A stretch of 64,000 nt of DNA, from assembly GCA_964247055.1 (NCBI GenBank), contig OZ176054.1, positions 2,728,001-2,792,000 of the forward strand, in the 5' to 3' direction. The stretch is from Paragordius varius. Its lineage: Eukaryota; Animalia; Nematomorpha. The notes below the pieces were generated by a model that did no database searches, was not told the origin of the DNA, and saw only the letters and a list, made by a program, of their open reading frames with translations. The translations under genes and the position numbers were made by a program. Of the stretch, positions 1-10,070 are shown piece by piece; positions within the stretch are counted from its first letter, which is position 1, and every line of letters begins with the position of its first letter.

Positions 1-812
1 TCCATGCAACCTCGTGTTAAAAAAATCAAATTCAAACCGTGAGCGGGACGAAATATGCTCGTAATTAACAGAAACACGTGAAAACACATCAACGCTATTC
101 CTTTGAGAACGACGGCTGGCTTAGCAAATGTATCAATAATTATAAAAATAATGATATTAGTTTCTACGCGAAAAGTTCGACCTAGTCAACACTCCAATAC
201 CTGTAATTTTATATCGCAAAGCGATTTGAAATTTGAATATTAAAATATTTAAGCTTTTGAGCCAAATTTAAAAATATGCTTTATTTAATCTTTTAAGCGC
301 ATCATACAAAATTTTTTGTTAAAAGATGTAAAATTGTAAAAAAATCTTTATTTCAAACTTTTTTTAAGTCATCTTTCTATAATTTTTTAAAATCATAATG
401 CAAAAGACAAATAAATGTATTTTATGGTTTAAAAATGTAAATAATCAACTTTAAAAAGATTTTAGGCTTTATTTTACCAGCAAAAAGTTGATATTTGATT
501 TTAATACAGCTGTTCGTTTCTATCGTGTTTTGAAGCGCCAAATTAAAATTCTTGAAGTCACAAAAGTATATAAGTTTTTATCTATTACTTACTAACAATA
601 TTTGATAATTAAATTTTAACCAAAGTAAGTTTCACAACTGTAGTTTATTTACGAAATCGAACTCTGGAAGATAAAACTACCCCAAAAGATAAACAGGTCA
701 AAAGAGTGAAAAGGGAAATTGTTTTGTACTAATTTATTTCGTTACAAATTAATCACAATATGCTATATACTTTAAGTATGAAATTGAGAGTTGGGAGCCG
801 TTTAAATGTTCC

Positions 813-2180
813 TTATCTATACCGACTGTTATAATTATTGTTATTGTCGTCATAAGGAAATTGACGATAATCACTTGGATCTTGTGGAGGTTTATATATC
901 GAATTTCGATCAGGCGGATATTCATTATTTCGATAGTAGTCCGGCACATTATTTGCATTTCGTTGATTGTAATATGGTGATATTGGTTCTGATTCCACAT
1001 TCTGTGGTTGCTTTCTCCCAAAAGGATACCTAATTTTGTTCCAAAAATAATCCTTGATCGCGAATCGCCTTGTTTCTATAGTTGAGGCAGAAGGTGACGG
1101 GGCAGCAGAAATGGTTGTGTTTATATTTGAGATTGGTGGTACCTCGGTGCTTTGCTACACGATATTTTATCATAAATAATTGTATATAAAAACCCGTTTT
1201 TGTGATAATAAGCTATTTTAAATATGCGCGTAAAATTAATGACCTCATGCTAATAATTTTACATTATTTCAATTTATTAAATGGTTTTTCTGTTAAATAT
1301 AGGTCAGCTAAAAGTCTTATTATGTTTATAATAAGTATTTTTAGGCCCATAATTAACATATGTTTTTATGTAAAACATTTCTCCATTTTTCCTGATATTA
1401 GATAATAAAAAATTAAAAGTTCAGATAGGGTCATAATGGTTTGGATAATGAACCGATTCCTATTACAGTGAGGGGGTAAAAATACGTAACATTTAAATTT
1501 TTTAACAGTTTAAATTCACAAATAACATACTTGTGTGGTATTAGATTGATATATTGGTAGATACGGTTTATCGGGTTTTTCATAATTAAGTGACGACGGT
1601 ACATTGCCCACATAATTTTGGGGTTGGGGTTGAGCTGTTTTACAATTTAGATCATTATATTTAACAACTAAAATACATTTCTGTAATCTTTGGCAAAAGA
1701 CATCGCCGGAGAGGCATTCATAAACCACTGGAGTCCATGTATAACCATTGATATCATAATTGCAAACGAAAAATCTATATTTTTTTAAAAAAATATTTGT
1801 CGGTTAAAGAATAATTTTAAAAAACGACGGTTTCGGTACTTGTTGGGATAATATGGATCAGTTAGCAATTCATTCGGATTGTTGTAATAATAGGCTGGTC
1901 TATTACCATTTTGTTTTTGACATATCCCTAAAATACGATGAAAATTTTAAATTCTCCAAATCCAAAAAATATTAAAAAGTTTGATAAAATCGAGAAAAAA
2001 AAATTTACTTGTTAAATACTGTCGATATCTCTTTTCCTTTTCGGCTAATCTGATGTTAGGAATTTCATTTGGATTATAACCGGAACCGCTATCGAAATAT
2101 GGATCATAATAATCGCTTAAACTGAACTCAAAAAGGCAGAAAATTGTTAGGGTAAGAAATTTATTTAATATAAGCTTCAT
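813..2180 (-). CDS. Secreted protein with a divergent chitin-binding type-2 (peritrophin-A/CBM14-like) domain, S/T/P linker and N/Y/P-rich tail, about 281 aa; exons 2180-2009, 1927-1840, 1774-1531, 1154-813
   Basis: Hydrophobic signal-peptide-like N-terminus (MKLILNKFLTLTIFCLFEFSLS). GT-AG introns with matching phases give one ORF containing C...DPYYPNKFFVC...YECLSGDVFCQRLQKC...C, the CBM14-type spacing (KFxxC..CxxGxxF..C). Confidence 0.7.
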
Positions 2181-3258
2181 GTTTGACGATATTTTATAAA
2201 TTTTATAAGAGCGGTTATATTTTCAGAATAATTTATCAAATTTTTTTGTAAAAATATAAAAAAGAAAATTATATAAAATAATTGACGGATTTTCGTATAA
2301 TTAAAAAATATTGTATATCTTTTGTTACTTTTTACTTCATATTTATACATATAAGGATAAATATTCAAATTTCGATATAAAATTCTTAATTGACAATTAC
2401 TTAAAAGTTTTAAAATTAGGTCAAACTTTAGCGGTTATATTTTAATTAAAAATATAGATTATTCTACATAATTGAGATGCAAATTTATTAACAAAAATTT
2501 AAATGATAACGATTTGAAAAGAAATTAGTTTCGAAAAAAAACTTATTTAAAATTATGAACTTAAGAGGTTATACTGATACTCTTTCCATCCACAAATTTT
2601 AATCAAAAATGTTCTTTATTAAATGGTTATTAAAAAAAATAATACTTTATAATCACATGTCATATTGATAAAAAATACATGGCTCATTATCCGCACCATA
2701 ACTCTTTAAAATAGGAAATGAAAATTTTAAATATATACCGATGTGTATCAGATAAAAAAACTGAAAAAATAAATAAAACCCACAAATTAGTTTATTGTTG
2801 GAGAGTGTGCGCGCAACTTAACTCTGTTTGAGTTAACCATCAAACATATTCCTTAATACCTGACTAAATTTAGCATATATATTCTAATTATTGAAAAGAT
2901 TTTTTGGCATCTCAGATATTTATGGCGTGTGGCATGATACTATCTTTTATTTAACCAAAATTACGAAATTAATTTATTATAGTGTGACTCCGAAAAATAA
3001 GTATAAAATCAATCATGATACCGTAATAATTACGAAGACAAAAGGACAAATATTTTTCAAAACAGCATTTTTTTCTAAACTATAAATAAAACCTGTGATT
3101 TGGAATGCAAAATAAGGTATAATAAATTGGTAACACACCCAATTCCATATTTCACAATTGTTATCTCATTAAGTTAATAGAGAAAAAATCAAGGTTTAAA
3201 AAGTATACCTAGCTGTTTTTTTATGAAAAATATTTGTCTTTTTAGTTTTTACGTATGG

Positions 3259-3846
3259 TTAACACTTGGATACAACACACTTATTTTAGTCCTTCGATTC
3301 AAATTGGGGTAGTTGAATACCCCAGGCCTGTTTAAAATCAAATACTTTAAAAAGTATGGAAGCAATCGAAACCATGGCAAAATTTTGCACTTATATAAGA
3401 TTAATAAACCGAAATATATAAAAAAATTTATTCAAAAATACTTGATATTACTTATTTTGAGCTAAAACTGAAAGGTAAAAATTTAGTCAACGTGACATAT
3501 GTCAAATTGTAAAATTAAAAATAATACAAAATAAACCGCTTTTTCTATTTCTATCAATGTTAGATGTAATTTATATAAAAAAATAAGCTTTAGTTTTACC
3601 CTTAAAATTAAATAAAGACAATATTTTGCAAAAATTTTTTAAAATAAAAATGGCGTCGAAGTAGTTTGAGATGGAAATTTTTTTCAAAACAAAATTTTAT
3701 CAAGATATTTTGGCATATTTATATAATATTTATCAGGATAGAAGCATAAATTTAAATTGGGGCCGTTTCCTTCAGTAGTTTTTAAAATTTCTAACTTAAA
3801 TTTAGTCTGGGGTATTTAGATACCCCAATTTGAATCGAAGTGTTAA
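3259..3846 (+). mobile_element. piggyBac-like MITE, copy 1 (about 580 bp, TTAA-flanked)
   Basis: TTAA at both ends (3259-3262, 3843-3846). Termini CACTTGGATAC / reverse complement CACTTCGATTC. A 34-nt internal repeat at 3292-3325 is inverted relative to the right terminus. Three more copies occur in the window. Confidence 0.8.
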
Positions 3847-3920
3847 TTTTTTAACCCGCTTAAATTTAGCCATTTTGATCGCTTATAAATGCAAGAAAAC
3901 CTGAAGTAATAAACCTTGAT

Positions 3921-4110
3921 TACAGTATTAGTGAGTATATGTTGCTAGAGAGTTATTAATTATTGCCAAATTGTATGTGCAACAAAGGGTAGTATTATTG
4001 GCTTATGGTATTTTTTCCACAATTTACTATTATTAGTCAATAATACCACCCTTTATTGTATATTCTATTTGGCAATTAATTTCCAGCAATGTATATTTAC
4101 TGATTATGTA
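3921..4110. mobile_element. Foldback (hairpin) MITE with TA flanks, family shared with 44413-44596
   Basis: Imperfect inverted arms of about 85 nt (TACAGTATTAGT..TTGCTAG..TTGCCAAAT.. versus its reverse complement), TA at both ends, CAGT-like terminus. Confidence 0.6.
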
Positions 4111-4548
4111 ATACCATAAATGTAAAATTGTTTGGCTAAAATAAACAATTAAAAATTAATTAAAATTAAAATATAAAAATTGCACAATTTTTAATGTTAA
4201 TTTTTATTTTCATATCATTAATATTAATGCCAATCATGAAAAAAACATATGTAAACTTTTTGATCGAACCAATAGTTGAATAAAGAAATAAAAATATTGA
4301 TATGAAATGTCTTATCATGATATTCAAATTTAGCTTCACAGACAAATTTTAGTTAGTTAGTGTTTTACGTTATAAAAGGACTTTGTATCATATAAAAAAA
4401 CATTAAATACATCTGACTTTACTAGCCCATATATATCTAAGGAGGTGGCACACTTTGTCAATCACAAAAAACCACATAATTAATATTTGCAAAATGCTAC
4501 ATTTAAAATAAAAAATGACAATAAATATATTTATTATATATGGCGGAA

Positions 4549-7500
4549 TCATTGATTGGAATTTGGTGTAATCTTCTCATAATCTTGAATCTTTTTTCTC
4601 CACACCCATATTTCAAAATGGCCCATTAAACATGTCGGACAAAGTGCATTAGCCACATCAATTGATTTTGAATGCCGACCAATCCTAGATAGATCAAAAG
4701 AGAGAACAAAAATGCTCAAAACATAATCAAATGTAAAGTCGACAAAGCGATCTTTTCTTAAAGTTAACAAACGAAAATAATTTATTATCAGATATTACAT
4801 AATATATTAATTTAATAAAGCTATTTCAATAATATTGCATAAAAATATATGATTTTAATTTCAAATATCTTCGATGTGCTAAATTGTATATATTACCCAA
4901 ACAGGATGCTGGATCCTACTTTTTATTATAAGCTTAATGTAAACAAATTTTAATAGGTTTAATTTATATATAGTTATCGCTAGTTGCGAGAACATTTTTT
5001 TGAGAAATGACTTTTTTAACTCTTTCATAAATTCCGATTTTTTAAATCTTTTTTTCGGTTACCATGTGTTTCAGAAGAGAGGTTTGACTATTTAAAGATG
5101 ATATAGTATCATTAGTACCAATAAAAAATCGTTTCAAACATAATATAATTAAAACATACTTATAAGAACAGGCATGACATTTGTACAAAAATTTAGTTTT
5201 GATATCATATGTGTGACATCTTTTGATGGGAGGGAGGCAAGGAAACGTTTCAAGAGCCCGTTTTGCAAAATATTGCCAGAGTGGTCCATGGTGTCGTTCC
5301 ATTTTACTGCATATTATATACAATATTTATTTCGTTTCAAAAACAACACTTTTACGCTAGACCCGCTTTAATTTCGTTCATAAAGCAAAAATTGTTTTAA
5401 GGAGCACAGTTTTAAAAAAGATTGCCATTAAATAAAGTTACTTCAATCAATTTTTTAGAGAATTGTACTAGTAACATGATAATTTTTAAGCCGTTAATGG
5501 TATATTTTATGGTTGAAAAAAAATTTATTACTTTAAACATCCTATGATAAAATGTTTTTCTACTAATACCCATTAATTTGTCCCCAAATATATTTTTTAT
5601 AAAAGGCTTACATAATTGTGATGTCTTAGACGTAAATCATACCTGGAAGTGTAATAGCCCTGGTTATCAAACATTTTACGTAATCGACCACGTGAAGGGG
5701 TCAGTGTGGCCCACGAATGATTCAATGAGTTTTGTATGGTTTTGCTTGCTTTTTCAACCTTTTTTGTGGTATATGAAGTAATTTTGATTTTTTCATTAGT
5801 CTTTTCTTTTTCGTTATCACTACTTTGACTCTCTGAAAAACTACAATCTTCATTATTGTTGGTAAGACAAATCTTCGGAGCAGTCGGAGTTTTAAAAATC
5901 AATTTTTCATATTTTACGTTGTCATTTATATTGTTAACTGACTGCGTTAATTGAAGACCGTTAACATTATCAAAAGTTGATTTATTCCGCACATTCTTAG
6001 ATTTAGTAATGTAAAATACGGCAGCATGGCACATTTCATGTATAAGGACGTCCCTAACGCGTTCTTCGAAACAAATGTAAACGTTATTATTTGAACCATA
6101 AAAAATGGTAAAAATTCTGAGCAAATGGTTAATACTTATTGTTGGGCATTTTTAGATAAAAAATTGTTAATTATGGATATTATTACTAAAAAAATAATAT
6201 AAAAGGATAACCTCAATAAATATATTCTTGGTAAATCAATGTAAGAAAAGAATTTTTTTAATTTGCAACTATATCAAATATCATTGTTTAGTAAGGAAAA
6301 GATTAAGTATAATTAAAATTATCCCATTAAATGTTATTCTTAAAATCAAAATGTATAGAGAAAAATCTTCCAGATTATAATATATATATATATATATATA
6401 CCTGGGGAATCACAAATTTTATCCGACAACTCAATCCATACATCTAATGTTTGATAGAGAACTTCATTATTATTCTCATTTCTAACGGTGCGTTTGCGCG
6501 AAAAACATTTCCCAGCCGTTTTCGTTAGTCGCCCATTCCATTCTATCACAAAATCTTGAGGAAACTGTTTAAATTTAAAAAAGCAATAACGCCATAATAT
6601 CATAACTTGTATAAAATAAATCTGTTTAATTGCGAATAACATCTTTAATAGATGCGATTCTAGATAATTAATATTTTTCGCCAAAAAAAGTTGAATTAAA
6701 ATTTCTATAAAAAGAGGTTAAACCTTTCCTTGGAAAATACAGTCATTATAAATTTCAAATAGTTTGTGAGTTAACTCCAGACGATACCGTTTAAATTGCT
6801 TCACATATCTAATGGCTAAGTTAATTAAATCTTCCATTATAGGTTCGTTTGATTTTCCGAATCTTAAACCAGACTCTACGTCTTTGTCGGATAAACTTTT
6901 CAAAAATTGTTCATAGCTACTTTGTAAACTCAAACTTTGACCATATTTGGTGGTGTTTTTATGTGGCGTTAAACCAACCTTACTGCTTTTAGGTGTAATC
7001 AATGTATGTGCATTTTTATTGGTCGCATAAGAGTCTGTATTATAAATTTTAGAACCAGATATGTTTGGGTTCAATGCATCATTTAAAATGTTTTTTCTAA
7101 TGTCCAAAGTTTTTAGACTTATTGGTCTTGTGTCTCCTTTTGTCTCTTTATTTAATTGCAAAAATTTACTTTGATAATTGGAGTTGACAAAATGTCAGGG
7201 ATTAATTCTGTATCTGTTTTAAATTTTAATATTTCGGGATACGATAATGTGCATATATCAGATTCTTCATCTGATGATGTATTAACAATAAAACTATCAT
7301 CTTTCCTTGATTTCAATATTGTGGTTTGCTTGGATTTTGTTGGATCATCAATTTTTAATTTTTCAAAAAAGTTTTCTAATTTTTCGTCATCATCAGACGA
7401 AGAACTAAAAAAAGTATGCACTTGTACCGATTTTTCAGTATCAAATAATTCTAAGGATCATCAAAGCGAAAATAAACTTTTACATATTTGATTATTATCC

Positions 7501-7619
7501 AAGAGTGAATCATCAACCAAAATATCGTCAGTGGACTTATTATCATTTAGATCATCGGATAAAAAAGAATTTTCAATCAACGTTATCCCACTTGTTTTAT
7601 ATTTGATGACACTGTTCAT
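4549..7619 (-). CDS. GCNA: GCNA/ACRC-type SprT-family metalloprotease with an acidic disordered N-terminus; exons approx. 7619-7478, 7450-7170, about 7143-6724, 6564-6402, 6063-5643, 5306-5160, 4684-4549
   Basis: Motifs LFEIYNDCIFQGK|FPQDFVIEWNGRLTKTAGKC, IELSDKICDSP|ERVRDVLIHEMCH (HExxH), HGPLWQYFA, RCHTYDIKTKFLYKCHAC, IGRHSKSID..CPTC. Phases of the four 3' introns are consistent. The start codon and the junction near 7144-7169 are uncertain. Confidence 0.8.
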
Positions 7620-7733
7620 ATAGCTTAACTACTGATTAATTGTAATAATTTTGGCAAAATTATAATTTTCAAAAATTTAAATTTACCGGTTTTCCTCATA
7701 TGAGTTAACCATGTGTTCAAACAGACAATATTA

Positions 7734-8184
7734 ATGTTGAAGCGTAGCGTTTTGGTGGATGTTATAAAACAAATTAACACCGGTGGAATTATTTCCACTT
7801 TGTTTATTTAAATATATTAAATTAAGACTGTTAGATGAAGAAGGTTCAGTTTTGGCACATTCTGGGAAAATTGAAAAAAATGTCCCAATGATATCCGCAA
7901 TCCTTAGCAGTATTTGGAAGATATATTTAAGTAAAGCAAATCAAAAAACTGATATTCTCCCAATCGATTGTATAGTTAGTTGATAAATATATTTAGAATG
8001 GTGTTAAAATATTTGTAAAATCAATCAACAAATTCCTTTTATGCGTTGTTACTGCACCCATTGATGAAAACAATCAGCCCATAAATAAAGGCATGGTGTT
8101 CCATAAAGTTATATTTAATTAAATATCTAGATATCACTTTTGAGCGACTACCTAGCTCCTCAATTAGCCAAATTAGCTCTATGA
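7734..8184 (+). CDS. LAMTOR2: Ragulator subunit LAMTOR2 (roadblock fold), 126 aa; exons 7734-7801, 7827-7974, 7997-8107, 8131-8184
   Basis: Spliced product MLKRSVLVDVIKQINTGGIISTL|LLDEEGSVLAHSG...AILSSIWKIY...IDCI|NGVKIFVKSINKFLLCVV...GMVFHK|ISLLSDYLAPQLAKLAL* matches the recalled LAMTOR2 pattern (NTGG, LL..EGSLLAYSG, IW..Y, GM, YL..PL). It requires GT-AG introns of 25, 22 and 23 nt. Confidence 0.9.
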
Positions 8185-8599
8185 ATGCATTTAATTTAAT
8201 ATATTTCCTTCAAACTATTTACCATGAAAATATTAATTTAGTTAATCCTTAAAACTAAAGTGCTTTTATATCAATCTTAATGCATTCCGTATATGATACC
8301 AATTAATCTCGCTGATATGAAGATTATGTCATATTAGATGTAAAAAGAGTTGCTTTAACTAAATAAATAGGTCTACCTTTTTCCCTATATCGATTTCAGA
8401 GCATTCGAAACACCTGAAAAATTGCCATTGAAATTGAATAGACCTAATGTTAGTGGGATTGTATTTAGATAAAAATCAGACCATACGTTCGTATCGTTTG
8501 TATTTATATTTGGGCTCTATCGTTAATATGTAACAGGGCGCCGAGAAAAGGATATTATATTTCTGCGCTTCTAGTGACTATCGACGAAAAACCAAATTA

Positions 8600-10003
8600 T
8601 TATAACACACAAATGACAAAAACAATTCGAATTTATGTTCTATTTTTGAAATATAGAACAAAAAATTATAATAACTAAACACAATCCCAATAATATCTTC
8701 CTCCCAAAAAAGATTAGCGCACAGCCGAGATGTGTTTTGGGATACGCTCGACCATTGAAGACAATGTGGGGCCATGTTTGGTGGCCAACTACGCCTTTTC
8801 GCCAACCTCTATTCTTTTCATTTTCAAGCCATGCAGTTGCTTTGGATGATAAAAGTAGCAAGCCACCTCTGTAGGATTTCCAGCTGTTTTTTTAACCCGA
8901 TATTTGTTTATTGTCCGATCGTCATATTCACTAATTCATTAGATTGAGGGTTGAAGGCGTATGTAAAAATATGCTTAATATTTAGTTTTAAACAATATTT
9001 TTAAATTTTGACGAAGGAAGTTGGGATCCGTTATCAGATACTCTAAAGAAATGGGTCCAAACCGAACAAAATAATGTTTAAACCATTTATAACAGTTGAA
9101 GATGTAACCTTTTAAGAAATACAACTTCACACCATTGTGAAAACCCATTAACTAAGACTAGAAAGTCTTATCTTCCGTCCATTGGACCTGTTATATCGAT
9201 ATAAATACGCTCCCAGGGAGAATTGATTTCTTGCCAATTACCGCAAACTTTCTTACTGTCACTATTCATACGGCAAGCTACAAAGTATTTGATTTCTCTA
9301 TAATGTCAGAATTTATTGAATTTAACAAGACTAAATTTCTGGTTAGAGATTTCATACTTTCGATTCCCGGGTACCTCTTATGGAAATTACTTTAAACATT
9401 TTTCTGTAATCTTTTAGGGATTATTATTTTCCCATCACGTGGCATTATCCGTTTTCAATTTCAAACTTATTGGGATCTAAATCAAAATATTGAGGAAAAT
9501 GGCCGCTCTTATAAGCATAGAATTTGAGGAATTGCAAAAAGTCTGTTCTCGTCAGTGGCGTAGCTAGAGGGGGGGAAGGGAGGCTGATGCAGGCGGCATA
9601 ATTGAATGGGCGCCGGATTTTGAAATTTTTTAATTTTATTTAAGAAAATAGGCATTTAAAAGTTATTATTTTAAATAATACATAAAAAATACCCCTTTTA
9701 TCAGTGATATCGACCACGGGTTGAATTCGATTATTCCAAGGGGTTGCATAGAGGGGAGGGGGCGCCATCACGGATTCATGCGCGGGCGCCAGAAATGCAA
9801 GCTACGCCTCTGGTTCTCGTGTTCATCTCGAATCTCGACAAATTCAGATTATTAACCCTCGAATCGATATTTCGACTATTCAGCATCAGGCTTTTGATTA
9901 CCAATATTAACTTCTTCACAAATCGGTATCCTAGATAAGGAATCTATGATAAATTTTGGGTACCCGATCGATATTATATTTTAAAATCACAATCAAACAG
10001 GGC
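8600..10003 (-). mobile_element. Degenerate Ty3/Gypsy LTR retrotransposon copy A, 3' part (RT-integrase connection, integrase, PPT, eroded 3' LTR)
   Basis: Minus-strand translation with stops and frameshifts: DFKI*YR..DSLSRIP, IIIPKRLQ..H..PGI, PWERIYIDITGP, VSDNGSQ, PQSN. Purine tract GGGAGGAAGA near 8700. Colinear with copy B. Confidence 0.75.
9553..9812. mobile_element. hAT-family MITE (260 bp) inserted in Gypsy copy A
   Basis: TIR CAGTGGCGTAGCT / AGCTACGCCTCTG (12 of 13 match). Perfect 8-bp TSD GTTCTCGT at 9545-9552 and 9813-9820. Confidence 0.85.
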
Positions 10004-10070
10004 GGGCATCGCCAATCCCCACCTGCTCGCGGTGATGCCCGCAATTCCTCCTTGGGATACTAACGGGGAT
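10004..10070 (+). ncRNA. HDV-like self-cleaving ribozyme at the 5' end of the RTE LINE
   Basis: P1 GGGCATC(10004-10)/GATGCCC(10034-40); P2 ATCCCC(10015-20)/GGGGAT(10065-70); P3 ACC/GGT; L3 TGCTCGC; P1.1 GC(10025-26)/GC(10041-42); P4 ATTCC/GGGAT; J4/2 ACTAAC with the candidate catalytic C at 10060. Confidence 0.85.

Noticed and set aside
7156-7491. 111-aa plus-strand ORF
   Set aside because: Antisense to the acidic GCNA exon; low-complexity shadow frame.
8578-8861. ORFs 8640-8861 and 8578-8805 as a host gene
   Set aside because: The DNA is colinear with Gypsy copy B (about 15230-15420) and represents alternative frames of the integrase tail and LTR.
10001-10003. Upstream GC able to extend P1 and block P1.1 as a regulatory switch of the ribozyme
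   Set aside because: These bases belong to the target-site duplication (host Gypsy DNA), not to the element, so the pairing is incidental to this insertion.
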